From Nitrospinaceae bacterium (lineage in GTDB: Bacteria; Nitrospinota; Nitrospinia; Nitrospinales; Nitrospinaceae): DNA of 64,000 bases. The stretch lies in the NCBI GenBank assembly GCA_965223665.1, contig OZ245011.1, positions 3,680,001 to 3,744,000 on the forward strand. The letters are read 5' to 3'. Made by a program: the position numbers and the translations under genes. A model generated the notes under the pieces. The model saw only the letters and a program-made list of their open reading frames with translations. It searched no databases and was not told where the DNA came from. Below, piece after piece: positions 20,502 through 30,355 of the stretch. Within the stretch, counting starts at the first letter, position 1. Each line of letters opens with the position of its first letter.

Positions 20502-20874
20502 TTTAATAATGATTTTATTAATAGATGGGATGTAACAATAATTGCCATGAAAAGTAGGAATGTGTATTCATGGAATTAGTTTCAAATTTAAAATCAAAAT
20601 AAATTATAAGATTTAGCCCGCTTTTGAAACCTCCTTAGTAAAACCCTTGATTGGAAATTGTTTCTTTTCCTTAAATTACCTGAAAAGAAGTCATTAAAAA
20701 AACGACAGCATTATTATTTTTATTCTATTAAAAAAGAATGTTTTGAATGATACCCAGAGTATTTCCAAAGGCTCATATTTATCATTGATATTAATAAGGA
20801 AAAAGGATCTGAAATTTGAAATAAAAATTATGAAATTTTGTAAACCAATTTTTTAGCAGAATGGCGGGGGCATC

Positions 20875-20985
20875 ATGAGTATAAAAAAAGATTTACCAAT
20901 TTATATTTTGTTAATTTCCTTATACACGTTAGCGTTTTTGGGTTTGACTTTTCTTTTGAACCCATTGTATTTGTTGGGAAGTTGA
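20875..20985 (+). CDS. Putative small single-TM protein (36 aa)
   Basis: MSIKKDLPIYILLISLYTLAFLGLTFLLNPLYLLGS, preceded by G-rich RBS-like GGCGGGGG; below the ORF-track cutoff. Confidence 0.35.
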   Translation: MSIKKDLPIYILLISLYTLAFLGLTFLLNPLYLLGS

Positions 20986-21459
20986 ATGCAAGGCCCTTCT
21001 ATTCGTTAAAAAATTTTTTTGTTATAGGGAATTATTAATTTGTACAATGGGATTTTTGTTTTGATCTTTTTAAGTCTGTTTATCTTTCAGAATTGAAAAA
21101 AGAATATTAAGAATTCAATCAATGAATTCGGCAAAAAGAGGAATTGAACATCATTTTATCTATATTTTTGTTGTCGTTTATGGGAAGATCCGCAGTCCAA
21201 TTGGTTTTAAATGATAGCCTTATTCATAAAGAGCAAATAGATGACAAAAAAACTTTTGATCCTTAAATTTTTCTAACCTTCAAGCAAAAAAACTTGAAAT
21301 ATAAAATTTAAAGTTTGAATTGTTCTAAAATTAATTCCATACTGAAATAGTTAATGATTAGTATTTGATTCTGATGTAATGACCTCTCAAAAATTGAATC
21401 CTTTCCTTTAACTGATATTCAAATTTTTCTTTTTAAAATTAATCCACTTGAGTCTATGA

Positions 21460-23343
21460 ATGAGCCATTTTAAAAGAGTAGCGCTTTTAAAAGCGCAGCA
21501 AAAGCTAGAACCTCCTGCAGATGTTTATTCTTCTGACCTTGTAGAAATATGCTACTTGGGAGCGTTTATTCAAAATGATGTAGAGTATGTATCCATCCCC
21601 GTTTCTCCATATGATAAGAATCCATTTAAGCTTTTTGAGAAAAGCTTAAAGAGAGAAAGGTTTGATTTAGTCGGTATTTCCTCAATGACCGGGGGTTATT
21701 ATAGTGCCCAGGAATATGCGAGGCTTGCTCGCCAGGCTGGAGCATATGTTGTTATGGGTGGTTATCATCCCACCGCTTTAACCGATGAGGTCCTTGCTGA
21801 TCCCAATGTAGATTCAGTTATTCGGGGAGAAGGAGATAACCCTTTCAGAGATCTGGTTCTAAATGGGCCCAGCAGAGATGTCCTGGGGTTGTCTTATAAA
21901 GAAAAAGGAGAACCGATCCATAATCCTGATCAAGAACTTATTGAAGATATGGATTTTCTTCCTCAACCTTTAAGATCTATTCGTCCCCTTCGTTTTGGGG
22001 AAAGAGGGGATGCTTATTCAATTGATACAGTTTATAGCTCCAGAGGTTGTATTGCGAAATGCACATTTTGTGCAAATGACACTGTTAATCAGGGATGGAG
22101 ACCCAGGAGCCCGGAGCACTTTATTGAAGAGTTAAAACAAATTCACAGTAAACATGTTCGTAGAACAGTTAAATTTTTTGATTCCATCTTTTTGTTTGAT
22201 GCCAAAAGGGTGGAACGAATTATTGAACTAATGTTTAAGCATGATTTAACCAATTTTAAAATTATTACAGAATCACGATCTGATGATGTGATTCGATGCG
22301 CTCATTTAATGAAAGATTTAAAGCGGATTGGGTTTGATAAAATTCAAATTGGTATTGAAACCCCGGACCCTGAAACTTTTAAAACTTTAAGAAAAGGGGG
22401 ATCAGTTCAAAAACATGAGAAGGCCATCCGGCTTGTCCAAGAATCGGGATTAAAAGTTGAAGGGTTCCTTATCATTGGTCACCCTAATGAAACCAAAGAA
22501 GATATTTTAAGATACCCTGAGTTTGCAAAACATATGGGGCTTGATCATAGAGCGCTTTATTTTGTTATGACCCCTTATCCCGGGACTCAAATTTATAGAG
22601 ATTACGAGGAAAAAAAATTGATCGAATCATTGGATTGGGATTGTTACAACAATTTTGGAACCGTTGTCCATTTAGAAAAAATGAAACGATCCGAGTTAAG
22701 GAATCTTCTTTCACTTTGTTATGGAACTACTTCTGGAATACCTTTTATTTTTAAAAAGCATAAAACTGTCCCCACCATGGTAGGTCATCTTTTGTATGTG
22801 ACAATTATTTGGTTATACCTGTATGATATTCAAGGAAAGAAAGATTTGAAATCGAGAAACGATTTTATTTGGTCGTTTTATCAATCAGGAATAGGACAAT
22901 TTCAAAAAACCCGAAAATTAAAATCGCGAATGCGTTTTACAATGTGGTTTAAGAAATCATTTTCTTTGCGACTTAAGCTGGAAGAGGAGAAAACTTTAAT
23001 CTTTAAATTTAAAATGATTAAAGACCAATTGTATATGAATGTTTTAAATGATCATTCCAATAAGAAAAGAATGGTAACGGTTACTTTAGACGATTTAGAC
23101 CATCTGCACCAAACTCTTGATATGTCTGATATTAATAATGGGGCTATGATTCAGCTTTTAAAACATGCTCCGTGGTCAAACCGAATAACTCAAATTAGCC
23201 ATTGTCTTCCTGCTTTGTTAAGAACGGCTGGAGCATTAGGAAAAATTGTTTTCAGTGTGGGGCGAAGATATTTTTTTAAATCAAGTCCCTCAACTTTAGC
23301 CTCTCCAATGGGTCCTTTTTCTGATAGTACTTTGAAGAATTAA
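21460..23343 (+). CDS. Cobalamin-binding radical SAM protein (class B-like) with C-terminal extension
   Basis: DLVGISSMT, VVMGGYHPT, RGEGD B12-binding features; SRGCIAKCTFC CxxxCxxC; IGIET, TPYPGT. Confidence 0.9.
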   Translation: MSHFKRVALLKAQQKLEPPADVYSSDLVEICYLGAFIQNDVEYVSIPVSPYDKNPFKLFEKSLKRERFDLVGISSMTGGYYSAQEYARLARQAGAYVVMGGYHPTALTDEVLADPNVDSVIRGEGDNPFRDLVLNGPSRDVLGLSYKEKGEPIHNPDQELIEDMDFLPQPLRSIRPLRFGERGDAYSIDTVYSSRGCIAKCTFCANDTVNQGWRPRSPEHFIEELKQIHSKHVRRTVKFFDSIFLFDAKRVERIIELMFKHDLTNFKIITESRSDDVIRCAHLMKDLKRIGFDKIQIGIETPDPETFKTLRKGGSVQKHEKAIRLVQESGLKVEGFLIIGHPNETKEDILRYPEFAKHMGLDHRALYFVMTPYPGTQIYRDYEEKKLIESLDWDCYNNFGTVVHLEKMKRSELRNLLSLCYGTTSGIPFIFKKHKTVPTMVGHLLYVTIIWLYLYDIQGKKDLKSRNDFIWSFYQSGIGQFQKTRKLKSRMRFTMWFKKSFSLRLKLEEEKTLIFKFKMIKDQLYMNVLNDHSNKKRMVTVTLDDLDHLHQTLDMSDINNGAMIQLLKHAPWSNRITQISHCLPALLRTAGALGKIVFSVGRRYFFKSSPSTLASPMGPFSDSTLKN

Positions 23344-23386
23344 GCTAAAGGTTTCTTATTTTGTAGATAGTTCCTATCTGGAATTT

Positions 23387-24418
23387 CTATTCTCCAAGAA
23401 AACGAATAAAGCTTTCAATAATTTGTAAATCAAACTCCGTGCTCATTTGTTCTTTCATCAATTTAAGGGCTTTTTGGGGGGGCATTGCTGATTTATAAGA
23501 GCGGCGTGTTGTTAATGCATCGTAAACATCCATAACTTTGCATATGCGTGCAAAATAGGGAATTTCTTCTGCGACTAAACCTTCCGGATAACCATTACCA
23601 TCATATTTTTCATGATGGGAGGTTGCCATTTGAATTATCTTTTTCCCATAACAATTCATGCCTTCCAAAATTTGACCTCCCAGGTATGTATGTTTTTTTA
23701 TTTCTCCAAATTCTTGATCAGTCAATTTTCCGTTTTTGTTGACAATTTTTTGAGAGACTTTTGTTTTTCCTACATCATGAAGCATTCCACCAACTCCCAG
23801 CTCCTGAATGTCCGAAGAAATCATTTTCGTTTTTAATCCAAAAATAAAACAATAAAGGCCTACATTAACGCTATGTGTATAGGTATAATAATCCTTGTTA
23901 ATAATTTCGGAAATTCCCCCAAAACTTAATGAGTCTGACTGCATACTTTGGCTCATCAATTCCATGGCTTCGCTGGCTGTGTTTAAAAAACTGTTTGGAG
24001 CATTATTTTTAAAAAAATCTTTCATGACTTGTTCAGATAATTTATAAATCTTCTTTGCTTTTTCTTTTACAGAAATATTATCTTTGGAAATGAATTCTCT
24101 TAACGTTTGAGTAGCTTTTTGAAAATATTCAAATGTGTCTTCTTCTTTTATATAAAGTTCCTCTGTAAGGTCTCCTGAAAAAGCAAGTTCTTTAACTTTT
24201 TGTATTTGTTCGGGATTGTCAGTAGCGAACTTTATGAATTTAGTTTTTCCAAATAGATTAGTTTTATAATAAAGATTCATATGGTTTAAAGAACCATGAC
24301 CTAAAAGATCAATGTCGATTAAGCGATAGGAGGGTGTAATTGTTTGCATAAATTTGATATTCGGATAAACGATTGGACCAGAATGGCAACAAAATAACCA
24401 ATTTACAGTATAAACCAT
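23387..24418 (-). CDS. HD-GYP cyclic dinucleotide phosphodiesterase
   Basis: YTYTHSVNV, LHDVGK, HHEKYDGNGYP, DVYDALTTRRSYK; alternative start at 24349. Confidence 0.92.
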   Translation of the reverse strand: MVYTVNWLFCCHSGPIVYPNIKFMQTITPSYRLIDIDLLGHGSLNHMNLYYKTNLFGKTKFIKFATDNPEQIQKVKELAFSGDLTEELYIKEEDTFEYFQKATQTLREFISKDNISVKEKAKKIYKLSEQVMKDFFKNNAPNSFLNTASEAMELMSQSMQSDSLSFGGISEIINKDYYTYTHSVNVGLYCFIFGLKTKMISSDIQELGVGGMLHDVGKTKVSQKIVNKNGKLTDQEFGEIKKHTYLGGQILEGMNCYGKKIIQMATSHHEKYDGNGYPEGLVAEEIPYFARICKVMDVYDALTTRRSYKSAMPPQKALKLMKEQMSTEFDLQIIESFIRFLGE

Positions 24419-24823
24419 AATCCCATATTGGAAAGAGAGTAAAGAAAATTTAGGGAAATTAATTCCTTAAATAGTTAAAAACAAGCCATTGAGGGACCAT
24501 ATTTCTATATGGTTAAGGCCAAAATCAATCAATATTTACCCAATAGAATTATGAGATAATTTTTAAGCGAAGTTTCTAAAAGGTCGGAAATGATTCCCCA
24601 GACCGTTATTTCAGATTCTTGAATCATAAATCTTCAATCATTTTTCTTTGGTCTCCGCAAAAAAAATTGCTCTCCTCAAAAAGTTTATAAAATTTTAAAG
24701 AACAATGTTTGGATTGTGAGTTTTGTTTAGAGTCAAAATATAGACAAAATTGATATATGTGCGATACTAAGCAAAGCTCTAATTTAAGTTAAGTATAATT
24801 TAATAGTATGTTTCTAGGTATAT

Positions 24824-26113
24824 ATGAGCGGTTTATTCTTGTTTAAGAAATTAGTAATTATTTTATTAGTAATATTAACAGGGTTTCCTTCCTCAATTTT
24901 TGCTTTGACAGAAAAAGCCCAGGAGTTATATAAGCGTTTTCACAACTCTGTTTATCAGATCCAAATAATCGATATTGATTCGAAGGAAAAGTCAACCATT
25001 GGCTCGGGATTCCAGTTTTCCAGAGAAGGACTTATTGCTACGAACTATCATGTTATTTCCGAAGTAGTGGCAAAACCTGAGCGTTACCGAATTGAATTTC
25101 ATAAAGAAAATGGAGAAAAAGGGCAATTAAAAATAAAAACTTTTGATGTCAGTCACGATCTTGCCATTTTAGAAGGAGAGAACAGCAACCAATCCTATCT
25201 AATTTTGGGAGGTTCCTCCTTGGCAAAGGGCGACCATGTATTCCCTCTGGGAAATCCCCTGGATTTGGGAATGACAATAATTGAAGGCACCTATAACGGT
25301 CTTGTAGGGCCGGACCAATATCAGCACGTATTGCTTTCTGCATCTTTGAACCCAGGGATGAGTGGAGGCCCAGCCCTGGATTCCAAGGGAAAAGTGGTTG
25401 GAGTGAACGTGGCTATCGAGGGAAATGATTTAAGTTATTTGGTTCCGGTGGAGTACCTGGTCGAACTTGTGGAAGAAAATTTTAAGGATGATATTAAAAA
25501 AGACTCAAAACAAATCATTGAAAAACAGATATTGAAAAAGTTTAATCATGTAATTAATAAAGTCTTGCAAATTGAATGGAGCTATGAAAGGTTTGGTCAT
25601 TTAAACATTCCTAAAAACATACCTCGCTCAATTTTTAAATGCTGGGGAAATAGTGAACCGGAAGATCTAGAGGAAGAACAATTTTATTCGATAAGTTATA
25701 AAAGATGTGAAAGCGAGAACAAGATTTATTTGTCTCGTGGTTTTTTTACTGGGTCGGTGGGGTATTCAATTATTCGATTAAAAAGTGATCAATTGAACCC
25801 CTTAAAATTTTATAAGGAATATTCTCTAGAATTCTCAAAAAGCGAATTTTATCCTTTTGCAGGGGAAAAGCAGGTTGCAGACTTTAAATGTAAAAATAAT
25901 TTTATAAATCTTGCGGAACAAAATTGGAAAGCCGTTTATTGTGCTCGCTCATATAAGGAGTATCCTAAGCTCAATGATATATTTTTAACTTTTGCCCTTT
26001 TGGGGAAACCAAAGCAAGGGTATGTTATTCGCATTGGTCTATCGGGTATTAGTCAGCCGTTGGCAGTTGGTTTTCTCCAGCATTTTATTGGAGGAATTCA
26101 GTGGGCCGAATAA
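24824..26113 (+). CDS. Exported trypsin-like (S1C) serine protease without PDZ, with Cys-containing C-terminal domain
   Basis: Signal peptide; triad motifs TNYHV, HDLAIL, NPGMSGGP. Confidence 0.88.
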   Translation: MSGLFLFKKLVIILLVILTGFPSSIFALTEKAQELYKRFHNSVYQIQIIDIDSKEKSTIGSGFQFSREGLIATNYHVISEVVAKPERYRIEFHKENGEKGQLKIKTFDVSHDLAILEGENSNQSYLILGGSSLAKGDHVFPLGNPLDLGMTIIEGTYNGLVGPDQYQHVLLSASLNPGMSGGPALDSKGKVVGVNVAIEGNDLSYLVPVEYLVELVEENFKDDIKKDSKQIIEKQILKKFNHVINKVLQIEWSYERFGHLNIPKNIPRSIFKCWGNSEPEDLEEEQFYSISYKRCESENKIYLSRGFFTGSVGYSIIRLKSDQLNPLKFYKEYSLEFSKSEFYPFAGEKQVADFKCKNNFINLAEQNWKAVYCARSYKEYPKLNDIFLTFALLGKPKQGYVIRIGLSGISQPLAVGFLQHFIGGIQWAE

Positions 26114-27060
26114 TCATTGAGCTGTTTTCCTCCCATGGGAATCACATGGAACGGCGATTTATATTTAAAAAAGGACCCATTAGCATTGGCAGAGCGTATT
26201 CAAATGACATAATTCTAGATGATCCTTTTGTGTCTAATCAACACATTTTGATTACCAGAAACAATGGAAATCTTTTTGTTTCAGATTTGAAAAGTGAAAA
26301 TGGGACTAAAATTAACCAACATTTAAGCTTAAAAGGCCAATCAGTAAAATTAGGGTCTGGAAATGAGATTTATCTTGGCAAAACCAGATTAAAAGTATTT
26401 CTTCCTGATCACCCTATTGTTCCCACTAAAAAGTTTCAAAGATTTACAAATTTACGAGAACTATTTGACAAGAATTCTGTTGCTATTGGATTTTCTCTTT
26501 TTGTATTAGGGATAATGATCTGGGCGGGATATTTAGAAAAACCCAGTCAGAAATATTGGAAAGAAGGTTTGATTGAGGCAGTTTTAAGTTATGGGTTTGG
26601 AGCATTATTTTATGTAATTATTGTGGGTTTTATAATTAATTTAAAAACTCATAAGGTGTTCTATAAACGACATCTTGCAGTTTCCAATTTTGGGACTTTA
26701 GTGTATTTAATTTATGAAGCGTTGGATCCGTTTATTGCTTTTTGGTTGCCAAATATTAATTGGGTTGCTTCAATTGATTACATATTGAATCTGGCAATAT
26801 TTTTAGGAATGTTTTGGGCCAGTATTCAATTAACAAAAGATTTAATTAAACCTAGAGATTATCTTCAACCTGTAATAATTTCCCTCATTTTACTTTTCTT
26901 GACCGCTTGGGGAGAGCAAAAAATCCAATTTGCTTTTTCAAGAAAACCAGCCTACTCAGCAAAATTAGCACCCTATCTGAAACCAATCACTGAGCCGGTT
27001 ACTTTGGATCAATTTTTAGAGGATTCGGGTTCTGATCTATTTAAATCTGGAAAGAAATAA
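26101..27060 (+). CDS. FHA-domain polytopic membrane protein
   Basis: IGRAYSNDIILDDPFVSNQH...DLKSENGT FHA motifs followed by about 5 hydrophobic segments; overlaps the protease gene. Confidence 0.88.
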   Translation: MGRIIIELFSSHGNHMERRFIFKKGPISIGRAYSNDIILDDPFVSNQHILITRNNGNLFVSDLKSENGTKINQHLSLKGQSVKLGSGNEIYLGKTRLKVFLPDHPIVPTKKFQRFTNLRELFDKNSVAIGFSLFVLGIMIWAGYLEKPSQKYWKEGLIEAVLSYGFGALFYVIIVGFIINLKTHKVFYKRHLAVSNFGTLVYLIYEALDPFIAFWLPNINWVASIDYILNLAIFLGMFWASIQLTKDLIKPRDYLQPVIISLILLFLTAWGEQKIQFAFSRKPAYSAKLAPYLKPITEPVTLDQFLEDSGSDLFKSGKK

Positions 27061-27235
27061 AAAATCTTAGATATTTATGGCCATTTATAAGAAACTTTAA
27101 ATTTAATGTGATCCATTGTCTTTGGGATCAAACTTTTGCCTATTTAGTTTCCAAGGTATTTCACTGCAAGAAACATTTTTAACTAATATCTATTCTCATT
27201 TTTTCAAATAATTAGAAAAGTTTTAAATTAAGTAA

Positions 27236-30200
27236 TTAATTCGATGGATTACCTTGGAAATTTTTAAAATCACCGAGGATTGAATAGAAAGAAGGAATTA
27301 CAATTAGAACCAGAAGAGTGGATGCCATAAGTCCAAAGATGATACTGGTAACCAAGGGAATTAATACCTGAGCTTGCAAACTCTTTTCGAGAAGGAGAGG
27401 GGTTAACCCTGCGATAGTTGTTAAAGATGTTAAAAGTACAGCTCTAAATCTTTGTCGACTGGCTTTTCTTGCTGATTCTTCAATTTTTTCACCTTGTTCC
27501 AAACGCATCTTAATGAATTGAACTAGTAAGATGGAATCATTAATGACCACACCCGATAGTGAAACAAATCCCATTATACTTACCATCGATAAATCTAATC
27601 CCATTGCTACATGACCCCAAATAATGCCAATTAAAGATAAGGGAATAGCAGATAAGACCACTAATGATTCGACATAACTTTTCAATTGAAAACTTAGAAG
27701 GACAAATACTCCAAAAATTCCCACTAGGAAAGCGGTCATCATTGATTGGCCGGTAATTTTGGAACCTTTGAGTTGTCCTTCAAAGGAGTATAGGATTCCA
27801 GGATACTTTTTCAAAAAATCCGGGAAAAATTTTTTTTTAGTTTCGTCAATTATTTCTTTGGCATTTGCCACTTTGCTGTCAAGGTCAGCACGAATAGTGA
27901 TTGTTTTTAATCCATTGACTCGAAAAATCCGTGCGGGCCCTCGGCTTTGCTCCAAAACAGCGACTTCACCTATGGGATACAATTTCCCAGAAGGATCAGT
28001 GATATAGAAGAGTTCTAAATCTGAAAAACTGTTCTGATCTACATCTGCCAGTCTGACATCAATTTCATAAGCCTCGGATCCTACTTGAATTTCACTTGCT
28101 GTTTTACCAAAAAAAGCTGCACGTAGTTGATTGGCTATTAGTGATGCATTTAATCCCTTAGCCATAGCTCCACGCTTCATTCGAATTTTGATTTCCGGCT
28201 TACCCGGCCGCATATCATCGTTAAGATCTAAAACACCCTCATAACCATTTAACCAGTTTGATAATTCCAGTGAGGCTTTTTTTAACTCGTCTAAATCCTT
28301 TCCCATCAATCTAATTTCAATGGGTAAACCTCCAGGGCCCATTTGTGGTTCTTTATAAGTAATATTGATGACGTCAGGAATTTCACCTAAAGATTCGCGC
28401 CATTTTTTGGATATTTCATCTAAGGAGCTATTTCTAATTTCTGCCTTTAGTAGATCCACAGATACAGTGGCAACATGAGTCCCTGTTTCAAAAGCATCTA
28501 AATTAGTATTAAATTGGACATTAGTGTTTTGAACTAAAGGTTGATTACCGGGTTGAATTGGGGTTAGCTCTAAATTAACTTTGTCTAAGGCCTGGACGAC
28601 CTGCTCCACCACACTTTCAGTTTTTTCAATGGGTGTTCCTTGTGGGAGTAAAATTCTTGCTTGAAGTACGTCTCCGTCAATTTCTGGGAATCCAATAATT
28701 TTTAATTTTCCTCCGGAAATTAAACCCAGTGTGAATAAAAAAACGAAAATCAAAATTCCTATAAAAAGATACCGCCATCGAATGGCCCAATCTACAAAAC
28801 TTCCTAAAATATTTTCGCGAAAAGTTTCAAGCAATTTTTCAAATTTTTTTCTAAAATCTGAAGTAATATTAGAATCTATTTTTTGAAATGTGTGATGTAA
28901 ATGGTGAGGCAATATGCAAAATGCTTCAATCAAACTTATCGAAAGAGCGAGTATCAATACTACAGGCATGACCCATAATACTTTTCCCATTTCTCCTTTT
29001 ATGAAAATCGGTATGGCTCCAAAAATTGCCAGAGTGGTCAGGAATGAAGATAATACTCCCGGAGTAACTTCCTGTGTACCTTGGACAGCAGCTTCTAATG
29101 CAGATTTTCCTTTTGAATAATGGGAAGCTATATTTTCGGATATTACAATAGCATCGTCCATAATCAATCCCAAAGCCAAGAGCAAGCCCACCATAGTAAG
29201 CATGTTGATGGAAAAATCTATATGATGCATGAAAAAAATTGTTCCTAAGAAGGCGACGGGGAGACCCATGGTTACCCAAAAAGCCAAGCGAAGCGAAAAA
29301 AAAAGCCAAAGTGAAAGAAATACAAGAAATAGCCCTTGAATTCCATTTTTTGAAAGCATAGTAAGTCGATCCTGTACTATGTCTGTCATATTTTTGGTTA
29401 ATTCAAAATTAACATTTGGAGGAACTTTTTTACGTTCTTTTTCTAAAAAATTATTTAGAGCAGCAATAATTTTTAGAGAGTCTTCGCTTTTAAGTTTTTT
29501 TATTGTTAACATCCCAGCTCTTTGGCCATTAAACCAAATTTTTTCTTCATGACGTTCAAACCGATCCTCTACAAAAGCGATATCTCCTAATCGGATTTCC
29601 TCTCCGGAGGTGCCCGAAATAATTAGAATATCTTCATATTCAGAAACACTTTTGCGTTCTTCTGAAAATCTAATTATTATGTTTCCCTCGGGAGTCTCTA
29701 TGGTTCCAGCCGGCAGATCTATATTTTGTTTGGCAATTGCCTCTGTGATATCGACAATGCTTAAACCAAAACGCATTAATTCTTTAGCTCTTAACTGAAT
29801 TTGGATTTGGTGATCAGAAAAACCTTCTACATTTACATGAGAGATCTCATCTAAAAGTAATAATCGATTTTTAATATCTTCACAGAAGAGCTTTAAATCC
29901 GGAGTGGACATGGGACCAGTTATAGCAACTGAAACTACTAAGTCCATACGGCCCAATTGTTTTATGATAGGCTTCTCTACTCTATCGGGAAAATCATCTA
30001 TGGCTTCCACTTCGGTCTTAATGTCATCCATGAATTGATTTAAGTTTCCACCTTCCCGCATTTCAACCACAATGCGTGATATGCCTTCTTTGGACTCACT
30101 TTTTACTTCGTATACATCGTTTACATTCTCCAGGACATTTTCAATCCTTTGGCTAATGGCCTCATCAATTTCTAAAGCGTGGGCTCCAGGGTAGGGTACT

Positions 30201-30355
30201 AAAATTTCAACCTCAGTTGGTGTGAAATCTGGAAAAGTTTCTCGACGGACATCCATAATTGTAATGGAGCCCAAAAAAATAAAAGAAACCATTAAGAGAG
30301 TAGAAGCTGTGGGATGGCTGGCAAAGAATTTCAGCCAATTATTATTGGGATTCAT
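27236..30355 (-). CDS. RND efflux transporter permease (AcrB/AcrD/AcrF family)
   Basis: 1039 aa, RETFPD, GLIMDDAIVISENI, RFRAVLLTSLTT. Confidence 0.95.
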   Translation of the reverse strand: MNPNNNWLKFFASHPTASTLLMVSFIFLGSITIMDVRRETFPDFTPTEVEILVPYPGAHALEIDEAISQRIENVLENVNDVYEVKSESKEGISRIVVEMREGGNLNQFMDDIKTEVEAIDDFPDRVEKPIIKQLGRMDLVVSVAITGPMSTPDLKLFCEDIKNRLLLLDEISHVNVEGFSDHQIQIQLRAKELMRFGLSIVDITEAIAKQNIDLPAGTIETPEGNIIIRFSEERKSVSEYEDILIISGTSGEEIRLGDIAFVEDRFERHEEKIWFNGQRAGMLTIKKLKSEDSLKIIAALNNFLEKERKKVPPNVNFELTKNMTDIVQDRLTMLSKNGIQGLFLVFLSLWLFFSLRLAFWVTMGLPVAFLGTIFFMHHIDFSINMLTMVGLLLALGLIMDDAIVISENIASHYSKGKSALEAAVQGTQEVTPGVLSSFLTTLAIFGAIPIFIKGEMGKVLWVMPVVLILALSISLIEAFCILPHHLHHTFQKIDSNITSDFRKKFEKLLETFRENILGSFVDWAIRWRYLFIGILIFVFLFTLGLISGGKLKIIGFPEIDGDVLQARILLPQGTPIEKTESVVEQVVQALDKVNLELTPIQPGNQPLVQNTNVQFNTNLDAFETGTHVATVSVDLLKAEIRNSSLDEISKKWRESLGEIPDVINITYKEPQMGPGGLPIEIRLMGKDLDELKKASLELSNWLNGYEGVLDLNDDMRPGKPEIKIRMKRGAMAKGLNASLIANQLRAAFFGKTASEIQVGSEAYEIDVRLADVDQNSFSDLELFYITDPSGKLYPIGEVAVLEQSRGPARIFRVNGLKTITIRADLDSKVANAKEIIDETKKKFFPDFLKKYPGILYSFEGQLKGSKITGQSMMTAFLVGIFGVFVLLSFQLKSYVESLVVLSAIPLSLIGIIWGHVAMGLDLSMVSIMGFVSLSGVVINDSILLVQFIKMRLEQGEKIEESARKASRQRFRAVLLTSLTTIAGLTPLLLEKSLQAQVLIPLVTSIIFGLMASTLLVLIVIPSFYSILGDFKNFQGNPSN

